NCBI GenBank assembly: GCA_045628985.1
Contig: JAZQQH010000065.1
Coordinates: 181,514 to 245,513 of the forward strand
Length of the DNA: 64,000 bases
Direction: 5' to 3'
Source of the DNA: Bacteroidales bacterium
Lineage (GTDB): Bacteria > Bacteroidota > Bacteroidia > Bacteroidales > UBA3663
The position numbers were made by a program, and so were the translations under genes. Below the pieces are notes generated by a model. The model was given only the letters and a program-made list of their open reading frames with translations. It was not told where the DNA came from and did not search any database. Positions 17,843-27,734 of this stretch are shown piece by piece (position 1 is the first letter of the stretch; every line of letters begins with the position of its first letter).

Positions 17843-18178
17843 ATGAGTAATAAGACATGTAAGATATGCGGTTACGATGACGTAATTGAGGGTAAAGATA
17901 TTTGTAAATTCTGCGAAAATGCAAAAGCATCCATTAGCGATGTGGAAATGCGTAAGAGTGTTTCTGTTGATTTGCATAAGTTCTCCTCTCTATTCTCAAA
18001 AGAAGGAGATTACGTAGAGGTGACAGAATGGACGAACGGAGAGGGTTTTGACATCTGCTTGTGTACCTCTGAAACGAACCATAAAAGTAAAACGCTGTCA
18101 TTAACCAGAGATGAGCTGGAAGCTATTTATAATGCACTGGTTCTTCTGGGGATGGACTTCATAACGTACAAAAAATAA
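17843..18178 (+). CDS. Hypothetical protein with N-terminal CxxC..CxxC
   Basis: CKIC...CKFC; DYVEVTEWTNGEGFDI motif. Confidence 0.7.
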   Translation: MSNKTCKICGYDDVIEGKDICKFCENAKASISDVEMRKSVSVDLHKFSSLFSKEGDYVEVTEWTNGEGFDICLCTSETNHKSKTLSLTRDELEAIYNALVLLGMDFITYKK

Positions 18179-18184
18179 AACACG

Positions 18185-18556
18185 ATGAAGAAAGAATATT
18201 TCATAGGCGACAGACGCAAATATGGTATTACGCTGATGGAAACCATCCGGCTTGAGGAAAGATTACCTGGAAGGGAAATCTACAAAGTGAAATGGACAAC
18301 GCTCACAAACTATGATGGGTTGAATATTCAGGCCTTTCCAATGGTTAGGACAGATGGGGAGTTTTACGACTTTACTCCTATTACTAAAGCCGAATACAAC
18401 GAAATTCTGACCGTCTTAAGAAGTGTCAGTGAGGAACTAAAACCATTACTTGAAGTCAAAAAGCAGATTGATAATAAGATATGTGAGACACATAGAAAGG
18501 TATGGAAGAAATTCCCCCAAATAAGTATTCAATCTCAAAACACTATTATTCAATGA
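18185..18556 (+). CDS. Hypothetical protein
   Basis: 123-aa ORF 6 bp after the previous stop codon. Confidence 0.6.
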   Translation: MKKEYFIGDRRKYGITLMETIRLEERLPGREIYKVKWTTLTNYDGLNIQAFPMVRTDGEFYDFTPITKAEYNEILTVLRSVSEELKPLLEVKKQIDNKICETHRKVWKKFPQISIQSQNTIIQ

Positions 18557-18561
18557 TATCT

Positions 18562-19497
18562 TTATTTGTTCTTTCTCACAAAGAAACCTGCAGCAATACT
18601 TCCTGAGAAGTTGTGCCAAGCAGAGAAGATGGCACCGGGAACTGCAGCCATCGGATAGATGGCGAAATGAGTGGCGGCAAGAGAGGTCGCAAGGCCAGAG
18701 TTCTGCATACCTACCTCTATGGAGATAGCCGTACTTTTAGCTTTGCTCATTCCTGACAATCTGGCCAATGTGAATCCTAAGACGAGGCCTGACAGATTGT
18801 GCAGAATAACAGCTACAGCAACGATCAAGCTACAGCCAAGGATGTTGGAAGCGTTGTGCGATACCACGATACCGATAATGGCAGCGACAGAGAGTGTGGA
18901 GATCATCGGGAGCAATGGGGTAACCTTCTCTGTCTGAGCTTTGAACCAGTGGCTTACGACAAATCCAGCAATGATCGGCAGAATAACCACCTGCACAATA
19001 CTCAGGAACATGGCATACGGATTTACCTCGATATTCTCTCCTGCCAGAAGAAGCACAAGGAGCGGTGTGATCAAAGGCGCTAACATCGTGGATACCGCAG
19101 TCATTCCTACCGACAAGGCAATGTCTCCTTTGGCCAGATAACACATCACATTTGAGGCGGTTCCTCCAGGGCAACATCCCACCAGAATCACACCCAATGC
19201 AAGCTCTTGAGGCAAAGACAAGAGCTTACAAAGCAGCCATGCTACCAGCGGCATGATGATGAACTGAGATAGCTCTCCGATGAGAATATCTTTCGGACGT
19301 CTGAGTACAGGGACGAAATCCGCAGGCTTCAGTGTCAGGCCCATGCCAAACATAACGATACCCAAGAGTGGCGTCACCGTAGAGGTGTTCATCCAGAGGA
19401 AACTCCCTGGGATGAAAAGAGCGATGGCCGTCACTATCACAACAAGAATCGTGATATGCGAAGAGATAAGTTCGGAAAGATGATATAGCTGTTTCAC
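18562..19497 (-). CDS. Bile acid:sodium symporter (BASS) family transporter
   Basis: MFGMGLTL, GCCPGGTASN, IEVGMQNSGLA, FSAWHN. Confidence 0.92.
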   Translation of the reverse strand: MKQLYHLSELISSHITILVVIVTAIALFIPGSFLWMNTSTVTPLLGIVMFGMGLTLKPADFVPVLRRPKDILIGELSQFIIMPLVAWLLCKLLSLPQELALGVILVGCCPGGTASNVMCYLAKGDIALSVGMTAVSTMLAPLITPLLVLLLAGENIEVNPYAMFLSIVQVVILPIIAGFVVSHWFKAQTEKVTPLLPMISTLSVAAIIGIVVSHNASNILGCSLIVAVAVILHNLSGLVLGFTLARLSGMSKAKSTAISIEVGMQNSGLATSLAATHFAIYPMAAVPGAIFSAWHNFSGSIAAGFFVRKNK

Positions 19498-19654
19498 CGT
19501 AGTTCAGGATTGTGATCTTTAGGAAAAAATTCCTATTATTCTTGGATTATTATCGGTGCAAAGATAAAGAAAAAGCGGATATGTTGCATATAGAGTCAGA
19601 AATATTTGGTCAATTCATCAAAAAATATCATCTTTGCGTCCGATAAAATAACTA

Positions 19655-20452
19655 ATGATACAACAGATGTTCAAAAATATAAAAGCCGTATTCTTCGATA
19701 TTGACGGCACTTTGGTTTCCTTCAAGACGCATGAGGTACCACAATCGGCCAAAGAGGCGATTCATGAGGTGCGCCAACAAGGCGTGAAGGTCTTCATTGC
19801 CACGGGTCGCCCGATGCCCTTCATCAACAATCTGAAGGATGTGGAGTATGATGGTATCATGTCGGTGACGGGAGCTTGCTGCATGACGGCCGACGGAGAG
19901 ATCATCCAGAGCCAACCCGTCGAGAAAAGCGATATAGAAAGACTGATAAAGGAAACTTCACAACGTCCTATGCCAGTACTCTTTGCCAGCAAGGACAAGG
20001 CCATAGGCTGCATGATCGATGCAGATCGAAAAAGTGTGGAGGAGGTCATGACGCTAGTCAGCTTGGAGGTTCCCGAAGAGCAACCTATGGATAAGGCGCT
20101 GGACATGGAGGTACTACAGGTCATTGCCTTCTTCACCACAGAAGAAGAACCGAGAATGATGGACGAAGTGCTGAAGGGATGTGATGCCGCACGCTGGCAT
20201 CCTGCTTTTGCCGACTGTATCCGCAAAGGGACGAATAAAGCTACCGGCATTGACGCTATCTGTCAGTATTATGGCATTGATCTGCAGGACACTATGGCCG
20301 TGGGCGACGGAGGCAATGACATCACGATGCTCCGTCATGCTGGCGTAGGTGTTGCCATGGGAAATGCTTCGGACGAAGTAAAGGCTCATGCAGATTACAT
20401 CACCGACGACGTAGATAATGACGGTGTGGCGAAATTACTCCAGAAACTTTGA
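19655..20452 (+). CDS. Cof-type HAD-IIB hydrolase
   Basis: FFDIDGTL, IATGR, GDGGNDITML, GVAMGNA. Confidence 0.93.
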   Translation: MIQQMFKNIKAVFFDIDGTLVSFKTHEVPQSAKEAIHEVRQQGVKVFIATGRPMPFINNLKDVEYDGIMSVTGACCMTADGEIIQSQPVEKSDIERLIKETSQRPMPVLFASKDKAIGCMIDADRKSVEEVMTLVSLEVPEEQPMDKALDMEVLQVIAFFTTEEEPRMMDEVLKGCDAARWHPAFADCIRKGTNKATGIDAICQYYGIDLQDTMAVGDGGNDITMLRHAGVGVAMGNASDEVKAHADYITDDVDNDGVAKLLQKL

Positions 20453-20474
20453 TACCTTTCTTATCGAATAATAT

Positions 20475-21299
20475 ATGATCGAAAACAAAATAACTCCAGA
20501 GCTGGTAGCCAGTTGGCTGAAAGAGCGGAAACCAGACAGCCACAAAGGTGATTATGGCCGTGCGATGCTCGTAGCTGGCTGCAAGGGAATGATGGGTGCT
20601 GCACTGCTGGCAGCAAGAGCTTGTATGCGAAGTGGCGTTGGATTGCTGACCACAAGAGTCCCTGCATGCGGCTATGAGATCATGCAGTTGGGAATACCAG
20701 AGGCAAAATGCGATTGTGATCCTTGCGAAACACATCATTCGGCCATCGAGATTCCCAAAGATACCGAGGTGATTGCGATCGGTCCTGGATTAGGTCAACA
20801 CATAGAGACACAAAAAGCATTGCACCAACTACTGATGCAGAAGCCTCAGCGGCCGATGGTCATTGATGCGGATGCGCTCAACATCCTTGCCTTGCATCCG
20901 GAGTGGATGGAGCTTCTGCCTGCCGGATCAATACTCACTCCGCATCCTGGGGAGATGAAGCGACTGGCCGTCAATCCATATTTTCTGGCAGAACGGTACA
21001 ATCTGGTCATCGTGTTGAAAGGTCACCAAACGCGCATCATCGCCTCTGAAGAAGTTTATATCAATACACTCCATGGCAATGCAGGTATGGCTGTAGGAGG
21101 GTCAGGAGATGTCCTGACGGGCATTATCCTTGCCTTGTTAGCACAACACTATTCGCCTCTGCAAGCTGCCACATTAGGAGTCTGGCTGCATGCTTTTGCT
21201 GCAGATATAGCATTGACCGACCATAATAGCATGGAATCTTTACTTCCGTCTGATATTATTTCTCATTTAGGGGAAGCATTCATGAGGAGTCGCAAATAG
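20475..21299 (+). CDS. nnrD: NAD(P)H-hydrate dehydratase
   Basis: SHKGDYG, IGPGLG, DADALN, LTPHPGE, GGSGDVLTG. Confidence 0.9.
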   Translation: MIENKITPELVASWLKERKPDSHKGDYGRAMLVAGCKGMMGAALLAARACMRSGVGLLTTRVPACGYEIMQLGIPEAKCDCDPCETHHSAIEIPKDTEVIAIGPGLGQHIETQKALHQLLMQKPQRPMVIDADALNILALHPEWMELLPAGSILTPHPGEMKRLAVNPYFLAERYNLVIVLKGHQTRIIASEEVYINTLHGNAGMAVGGSGDVLTGIILALLAQHYSPLQAATLGVWLHAFAADIALTDHNSMESLLPSDIISHLGEAFMRSRK

Positions 21300-21446
21300 T
21301 GCACGATAAAAAACTCTTATCCGAATATCCTGTTTTTGAATAACCTTTGCCAGCTCTTATCACTTTTCATACCTATCTTTGCCTCCGAAATAGAGCGGGA
21401 AGAGTCCCTCTATCTGTATGTCTAACAACCTAAATCAGTATGATGT

Positions 21447-22016
21447 ATGAGAAGTATCACTAAACTGGAGCTGCAGTATGCTCATCGGTTCTACAAATTT
21501 CAGGGAGAGGCGCAGTATCTGCACGGGCACACAGGCGTCCTCACCATTGAGGTCGAAGATGATGTGACACCAGAGGTCAACATGGTCTTTCCTTGCAATG
21601 AAATCAAGAAGATCGCATGGGGAATACTAAAGAACTTCGACCATGCACTGGTATTGCGCGAAGACGATCCTCTCCTGCCAGCCATCCTTGGAGTCTATGA
21701 AAAGCAAGGAATCAAGGACGGCCATTGGCTGAACACCATGAAGGGAGAAGCATTCAAGACAGAATGGGCAACAGCTTATCCGGATTGCCGCCTCGTAGTC
21801 ACCAAGGAGAGCATGACGGTGGAAGGAATGATCAAGATCGTGCACGACCTGCTCAAGGACAAGCTGCCGATTGCCAAACTCACCTTCAAGAGTGGCGATA
21901 ACACTGCATCGCAGGAGTATTGTCCGAAGACTCACTTTGAGCGTTGTCCGAAGTGCGGCATCTCGCTCGACAAGCATGGCAAGTGTCCGAAATGCGGATA
22001 CCAGAAGAAAAAGTAA
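21447..22016 (+). CDS. 6-pyruvoyl-tetrahydropterin synthase/QueD-like T-fold protein with C-terminal Zn ribbon
   Basis: YAHR, LHGH, FDHA; C-terminal CPKCG...CPKCG. Confidence 0.8.
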   Translation: MRSITKLELQYAHRFYKFQGEAQYLHGHTGVLTIEVEDDVTPEVNMVFPCNEIKKIAWGILKNFDHALVLREDDPLLPAILGVYEKQGIKDGHWLNTMKGEAFKTEWATAYPDCRLVVTKESMTVEGMIKIVHDLLKDKLPIAKLTFKSGDNTASQEYCPKTHFERCPKCGISLDKHGKCPKCGYQKKK

Positions 22017-22101
22017 TAAACAGTAAGAAACAACGGATGTCGTGCATGCGGGACATCCGTTGTTTCAAATTTTAAATAATCGTAATTTATGTCTGAGGAA
22101 A

Positions 22102-24459
22102 TCAGAAGAACACCTTCTTGGTCGAACCATCGCTCATACGGATGATGTTCTGACCCTTCTGCAACTTCGAGTGACGGATGCCATTGGCATCGTAGATATC
22201 GAGAGCATGTACCTCCTTTTCGGTTTCAAGCTGTTCGATGCCGGAGCGATCGTTCACGGTTGCACGGATGCTTACTGAAGAACACTCTGGAATTTTAAAA
22301 GTTAATTCAGGTCCTTCATAAGCCACTCCTGTAGCCTCTCCTGCATATTCAACAACAACCGTCCAACCGGCCACATTCTTACCCGAAAGCTTTACTTCAC
22401 GATCCTGGAAGAACTTGCCATCGAACACATTTCTGGTGAGCTTGACGCCATTCATCTCCACCTCGATATCAGCCAGATCAGTATCAGTCAGAGTTGTATT
22501 GATCTCAAGCTTGGTAGGTTTACCGAGCTTGTAGTATTCAGCCACATGTTTGTAGAAGAAATCTACGCGCTTCTTGAGCCAGTTCTGTGCATTCTTCATT
22601 TCATCGTTGTAGTTTGGCCACCACTCATTAATCATCTTGCGATGGTAAGGGTACTCAAACTTGATACGCTCATACATAGGGCTCCAGATCTCTGGCCAGA
22701 TGTAATCATAGTTCAGGAAGTCACCCATATATACACAGCAGAGGTCGAAGAACATGTTGCTGAAATCCTTGTCAGCCATCAAGCGACGGAAGAGACGGGT
22801 ATGATCTGGCTGATTTGCCCAAGCATTATCACGGTCGTAACTATTGTTGTAGATCCAGTCAAGTGTCTTGTACTCCGATGATCTGCCATAAAGACCCAAA
22901 CCGAAATCCGTATCCTTGGCAATCCAGCGCCAGCGGCCATCCTCGGCTGTAGGACGCCACATCACGATGTTGTTGCCAGGGAAGTCAAGGTTTACATAGA
23001 ACAGGTTCATGATCATCAGGTTGGCAAACTCCTTGCAATCCATCCACTCCTCGAACTCAGCCATCGTGTGGCCTTGCTCGGTATAGAAATCCTTGAACTT
23101 ATTATAGTTATCCCATGTGCCGGTCTTCAGCTCCCACCAATTCTCGAACATATCAATGTCCTCAAGTTTATCGTAATTGGTGTAGATGTTGTCCTCGTTG
23201 CTACGCTCACGGATATTGAGCATGCCGAGGTACTTACCATTGATAAAGACAATGGCAGGACTGTATGCTTGATAGTCAAGATCGACGTTCCAGGCGAAAG
23301 AGCGCTGCATCACAGCATCACGCAGGTAGAGATAGTCGAAGTCATTGCCACTATTGCGCAGCATCAACGACTTGAACTCTGTCTTACCAGGACGATCCTC
23401 TGGGAAAAACTCGTAGCTGAAACGCTTCTTATCAGCGTCAAAACGCTTGTTGGCATAGAGTACGAGCGTCTTGTATTGTGCATTACGTGAGCCACCACCA
23501 GCAACACGTGTCTCACCGAGCTGGTTGATCTTGCTATCCTCATCAGGAGCTGCAAAATACTCAATATTCAACGGACGACGCCAGTCAAGCTTGTTATCAG
23601 AATTGTTGTTAGAATTATAGATACCATTCTTACTACCATAGAAATAGTCCCTATCGGTAACCAGAGATACCACAGGCAACGTCATCTTTCGTCCCATAAA
23701 GAGATAAGACTGAGCCAACGAGCGTGGTGACATATAACCGTCACAGACGACCTTGGCACGGATCACCTGCGAGCTGCTGATCTTGATAGGTTCAGTATAG
23801 ACGGTGCTACTCTCAATAGGCTCCTTGCCATCAGTGGTATAGACAATCTTTGCTCCCTTAGGTGCATCTTCTGGCAGTGATAATGTCAGGTCGAAGCTCT
23901 GTGCAGATTCAAAGACTCTGCCAAGGACACTGAAGACAGGATTACCCAGGAGTTTCTTTGCAGCGATCAACGTTCCGCAGTTAGTCTTACCAGGAGTTGG
24001 AACAGCCTGATAGCCTTGCTTCTCAGCTCCGTCAGTCTCTCTGCCGTAGGCAATGTTAGGAGCTGGCTGCTTCTTCATTTCCACGATCTTATCTACCACC
24101 TCATTTCCCTTGAAGAGATAGATCGAACCACCCTTGCCAGACTCAAGACGGAATGGAGCATGCCAAGCCTTATTGCCATCATACTTGTCGCAATAAATGA
24201 TCTTATAACTCTTGGCACCCAGCGTATAGGTTGTCAAACTAAATGCCTCTGCAGCATTGTCTGTCAATCCGATCTTATAGTCTTTCAGATTGATAGGTTC
24301 GGAACTCGTATTATATAGCTCTACCCATGAATCAGGGAACTCATGAATATCATCCATGATACAGTCGATGTTCGACTGCATCACCTCATTGATGACAACC
24401 TGCGCCTGAGCAGACATCACGCCAGCCGCACATAAAGAAAGAAGTAGTAGTTTTTTCAT
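22102..24459 (-). CDS. Secreted CotH-kinase family protein with lamin-tail and FN3-associated domains, T9SS-type C-terminus
   Basis: Signal peptide; VVINEVM..DSWVELYN (LTD); YTTDGKEP; YLGMLNIRER, DFPGNN, WRWIAKDTDFG (CotH); IYDANG..GQNIIR tail. Confidence 0.88.
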   Translation of the reverse strand: MKKLLLLSLCAAGVMSAQAQVVINEVMQSNIDCIMDDIHEFPDSWVELYNTSSEPINLKDYKIGLTDNAAEAFSLTTYTLGAKSYKIIYCDKYDGNKAWHAPFRLESGKGGSIYLFKGNEVVDKIVEMKKQPAPNIAYGRETDGAEKQGYQAVPTPGKTNCGTLIAAKKLLGNPVFSVLGRVFESAQSFDLTLSLPEDAPKGAKIVYTTDGKEPIESSTVYTEPIKISSSQVIRAKVVCDGYMSPRSLAQSYLFMGRKMTLPVVSLVTDRDYFYGSKNGIYNSNNNSDNKLDWRRPLNIEYFAAPDEDSKINQLGETRVAGGGSRNAQYKTLVLYANKRFDADKKRFSYEFFPEDRPGKTEFKSLMLRNSGNDFDYLYLRDAVMQRSFAWNVDLDYQAYSPAIVFINGKYLGMLNIRERSNEDNIYTNYDKLEDIDMFENWWELKTGTWDNYNKFKDFYTEQGHTMAEFEEWMDCKEFANLMIMNLFYVNLDFPGNNIVMWRPTAEDGRWRWIAKDTDFGLGLYGRSSEYKTLDWIYNNSYDRDNAWANQPDHTRLFRRLMADKDFSNMFFDLCCVYMGDFLNYDYIWPEIWSPMYERIKFEYPYHRKMINEWWPNYNDEMKNAQNWLKKRVDFFYKHVAEYYKLGKPTKLEINTTLTDTDLADIEVEMNGVKLTRNVFDGKFFQDREVKLSGKNVAGWTVVVEYAGEATGVAYEGPELTFKIPECSSVSIRATVNDRSGIEQLETEKEVHALDIYDANGIRHSKLQKGQNIIRMSDGSTKKVFF

Positions 24460-24633
24460 CTATAGGTAATATAAATAATATGCAACCAGAAAGCCAGAAC
24501 CAATCTTCCAGCTTATTTGGGTGCAAATATACGCAAAAAAGCAATTCATTGGTCAAAAAAGCCACAAAAAAACACCTCCCAACGACGCTAAGCCATGGGA
24601 AGTGTATATTATATATAAATAATGTGTCGATAA

Positions 24634-25299
24634 TCACTCGCCAACTACGAGTTCCTTGTCCGAAATCTTCGAGACGAAGCTGGTACCTTCATGCTCATAT
24701 TTCTTGACGTGTCCCTTGACCTTGACCGAGCCGACACCGTCTACAGAGATATGGAGATAGTCTGCTTCAATCTCAAGCTTGCACGAACCGACGCCTGCAC
24801 TGCGGACATTAGCATTCTGGCAATTGATGCTGAGGTCCGAACTGCCTACACCTTCCTGGTCGTACTTGAAATCCTTGCAGGTGAAGTTCTTGATTTTGAC
24901 CGAACCAACACCATTAGACTCAAACATAAAGTTATTGTCAAAGTTGACTTCCGAAGTAGATTCGAAGCTACCTACGCCATTGGTCTCAGCCTTCTCAAGT
25001 GATGGTGCGGTGACATAGATATCGAGACCTTTCTTGACCTTATTATTTGACTTCTGAGAGACTCTCATACAACCGTTATCAAAAGTCACGATCGTCCTGG
25101 AGATCAACGCGCTGTCGCCCTCTAGACGGACACTATAGTCACTGCCCTGGGTGAAGATGATGTTGCCTACTCCATCCATCACGACCTGAGAGAAAGGCTG
25201 AGTCTCATAGTTTACAACCTTTTCTACCTTACCAGATTTAGCGCAACCAGTCATTACAATCATGGCTGCAAAAGCCATCATAACTAAAAACTTTTTCAT
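24634..25299 (-). CDS. DUF2807 (GIN-domain) lipoprotein
   Basis: Lipobox MTGC; repeated GVGS beta-helix motifs. Confidence 0.85.
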   Translation of the reverse strand: MKKFLVMMAFAAMIVMTGCAKSGKVEKVVNYETQPFSQVVMDGVGNIIFTQGSDYSVRLEGDSALISRTIVTFDNGCMRVSQKSNNKVKKGLDIYVTAPSLEKAETNGVGSFESTSEVNFDNNFMFESNGVGSVKIKNFTCKDFKYDQEGVGSSDLSINCQNANVRSAGVGSCKLEIEADYLHISVDGVGSVKVKGHVKKYEHEGTSFVSKISDKELVVGE

Positions 25300-25329
25300 A
25301 TCATCATAGGATTAAAAAAAATATACATA

Positions 25330-25650
25330 TTACTTGATTTTTACTGCAGTACCGCTACAAGACACCATCAGCATGCTGCCACTGACGCCTATCGTCTCAT
25401 AGTCGAGGTCAATGCCAACAACGGCATTGGCTCCCACACGAGCTGCAGCTTCAGACATTTCCTTCAGAGCGGCCTCCTTTGCCTCGCGCAATACGCCTTC
25501 GTAACTGCTGCTTCTGCCACCGAAGACATCGTGAATACGCGCTGTGAAATCTTTCAGGAAGTTGGCTCCTATAATGGTCTCTCCAGAAACGATTCCGAAA
25601 TAAGTCTCAATCTCATGACCCTGAACGGTCGGGGTAGTTGTCATTAACAT
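25330..25650 (-). CDS. YbjQ/UPF0145 heavy-metal-binding domain protein
   Basis: GIVSGETIIGAN, GGRSSSYE, GANAVVGIDLDYE, GTAV. Confidence 0.93.
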   Translation of the reverse strand: MLMTTTPTVQGHEIETYFGIVSGETIIGANFLKDFTARIHDVFGGRSSSYEGVLREAKEAALKEMSEAAARVGANAVVGIDLDYETIGVSGSMLMVSCSGTAVKIK

Positions 25651-25871
25651 AGTCGCAATTTATTTTGTGGTTAATAATTTTGATGGTGCAAAGATACGTC
25701 CTTTTTCCGAAACATAAAAACTTTTGACAACGTTTTCTTCTTTTTTTCGATTCTTTAGCAAGAATAGCAGGAAAGGTTGCAATATTGTCAGCAAACCGTC
25801 ACATTTTTAAATATAAAATTGGAATAATAAAAAAAAGCATGTATATTTGCGCCAAATTTCATAAACAAAAA

Positions 25872-27224
25872 ATGGCACCATTCCGACACCTTGATCATAA
25901 GAACCTTGTAGCTTTTGTTCGCGTTGTATCCGAACTCATCAGGATTGACAATGTTATCGACGCAGAAGAGATAACCATGCTCCTCAAACTGGAGCAGCAG
26001 TATGGCTTTGACCGCACCTATAAGCGCGAAGCCATGCACCTCAGCCTTGCCGATGCCATCAGTCAGTTGGCTCAGCTCGACCTACAAGCCCGTACTCAAA
26101 TACTCCAATCGTTCACCGAAATTGCTGGCGCTGACCGTGTCTACGTGACCCGTGAAGCCATCATGCTCCTCGCCCTTCGCTACATTCTCGAAGGCAAGCA
26201 GCAGAAGAAATGCCAGGTCATCGACTGTCCCGCCAGTATGAGCGCTCCTGACCAGTCACCTTTTGTGATGTATGTGGAGAGCGAATATGACGATGATCGA
26301 CACGAGCAGATCGACAGTCAGATGGAACTCATCCAGCTCAGGTTGCAGCAATACGGACTTCGCCTCTTCTACGTCGAGCAGATCGTCAACAAACTGTCTG
26401 AGATGGATAAGGACATGCTCCTGACCACTCTCGGCTATCTGGCTCCTGAACTGGACGACTCGCAGGTGGAGCAGATGTACGAGCGCATGCAGTCGACCGA
26501 CACGCCGACATTCACCACACGCGTCATGGCACGCGACCTGCAGGTCTCTGCTCTTCGCAACATACAGCCTTCGCTGCTCGTCAGCATGGGTTCGTCATTC
26601 CTATGCATCACGCTCGACGATACCGTCCTGTCGCACCTCAAAGACTTCCTTCAGGACTTCGGACAACTTGTCAGCCCTGGCAGCATCGTGGCCAATGCAC
26701 ACATTGACGCAGGCGACGACAAGCTCCGATACTTCGGTTACTATAAAGCCTTTTTCGACTTCATTCTCAAGGCCGAACCTAAGGAGAGCCATCTGGTCAT
26801 CTGGCCATTCAAGTCGGAGTTTGAGTTCCCTGAGGCTCATCGCACCCTCCGCCTCAACCAGCAGGAAGCCTCGCTCTATACGCTCATCCTGGAGTATACC
26901 TACAAGCACGATGGCAAGGGCCTTCCCCTCTGCTACACGCCAGCACAGAAGCGCATCGAGGCCCTCTATCGCACGATCTATTGTAATAAGAAGTGTGTCG
27001 AGGAGTCAGACGTCATCTATCCTGAGAACCTCGCTCCTATCCGCGCCAAGATTGAGCGTAAGATGCGCGATCAGCTCACCGGCCTCAGCAACCTTGAGGA
27101 CTACATCCCGCGCAACGACAACCGACAAGGTTTCTATCGCATCGCCGCGCACGTACATAATATAAAAGTAAGAGCCGACATCCGCCAGGATGAGGTAAGC
27201 TTGCAAGACTACGACTGGCGATAA
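25872..27224 (+). CDS. TerB-like N-terminal domain protein with possible C-terminal DNA-binding domain
   Basis: ELIRIDNVIDAEEI and EIAGAD..TRE (TerB-like); start moved to the ATG at 25872 after an A-rich leader. Confidence 0.65.
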   Translation: MAPFRHLDHKNLVAFVRVVSELIRIDNVIDAEEITMLLKLEQQYGFDRTYKREAMHLSLADAISQLAQLDLQARTQILQSFTEIAGADRVYVTREAIMLLALRYILEGKQQKKCQVIDCPASMSAPDQSPFVMYVESEYDDDRHEQIDSQMELIQLRLQQYGLRLFYVEQIVNKLSEMDKDMLLTTLGYLAPELDDSQVEQMYERMQSTDTPTFTTRVMARDLQVSALRNIQPSLLVSMGSSFLCITLDDTVLSHLKDFLQDFGQLVSPGSIVANAHIDAGDDKLRYFGYYKAFFDFILKAEPKESHLVIWPFKSEFEFPEAHRTLRLNQQEASLYTLILEYTYKHDGKGLPLCYTPAQKRIEALYRTIYCNKKCVEESDVIYPENLAPIRAKIERKMRDQLTGLSNLEDYIPRNDNRQGFYRIAAHVHNIKVRADIRQDEVSLQDYDWR

Positions 27225-27349
27225 GACAACTTGCCAACGCAGAATTGCCTCTCTTGCATTTTTGATCGACAATATTGTCAGCAAATTCATGGTTTGGAAA
27301 TAATGCCGTATCTTTGCACCAACAAAAAAAGATAAAACTTTCTTAGCGA

Positions 27350-27412
27350 TGTCATTCTGAGCAAAGCGAAGAAACTCACACGTGAGGTCCTTCACAAACA
27401 TTCAGGATGACA
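27350..27412. repeat. REP-like palindromic element
   Basis: tgtcattctgagcaaagcgaagaa...ttcaggatgaca terminal inverted repeat. Confidence 0.65.
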
Positions 27413-27458
27413 ATAGAGAAAAAAACAAGCATTATCAACCCATTAAAACTTTACAACT

Positions 27459-27659
27459 ATGAAGAAGCTGACTAAGTCTTACAACAAGAGAATTTCAGGC
27501 GTATGTGGCGGTATCGCAGAGTATTTCGACATTGATCCAACAGCTGTTCGTCTCGGTTATCTCTGCCTCTCGATCTTTGCTCACTGCTTCCCAGGCTTGC
27601 TCCTTTATATCATCCTGGCTTGCGTGATGCCAAAGCCCGATACTAAGCTCATTAACTAA
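27459..27659 (+). CDS. pspC: PspC domain protein
   Basis: KRISGVCGGIAEYFDIDPTAVRL...LYII..VMP. Confidence 0.92.
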   Translation: MKKLTKSYNKRISGVCGGIAEYFDIDPTAVRLGYLCLSIFAHCFPGLLLYIILACVMPKPDTKLIN

Positions 27660-27734
27660 GAGGGAAATGCATAATTGCTCCTTGCAGTCTCGAGTGTAAT
27701 TTGTAATTAGTAATTTGTAATTCATATAATCCCT

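Noticed and set aside
14357-18556. Intact prophage
   Set aside because: No integrase, terminase, capsid or replication genes
21380-21446. preQ1 riboswitch before the QueD-like gene
   Set aside because: Only a simple tagag/ctcta hairpin; I could not match a preQ1 consensus
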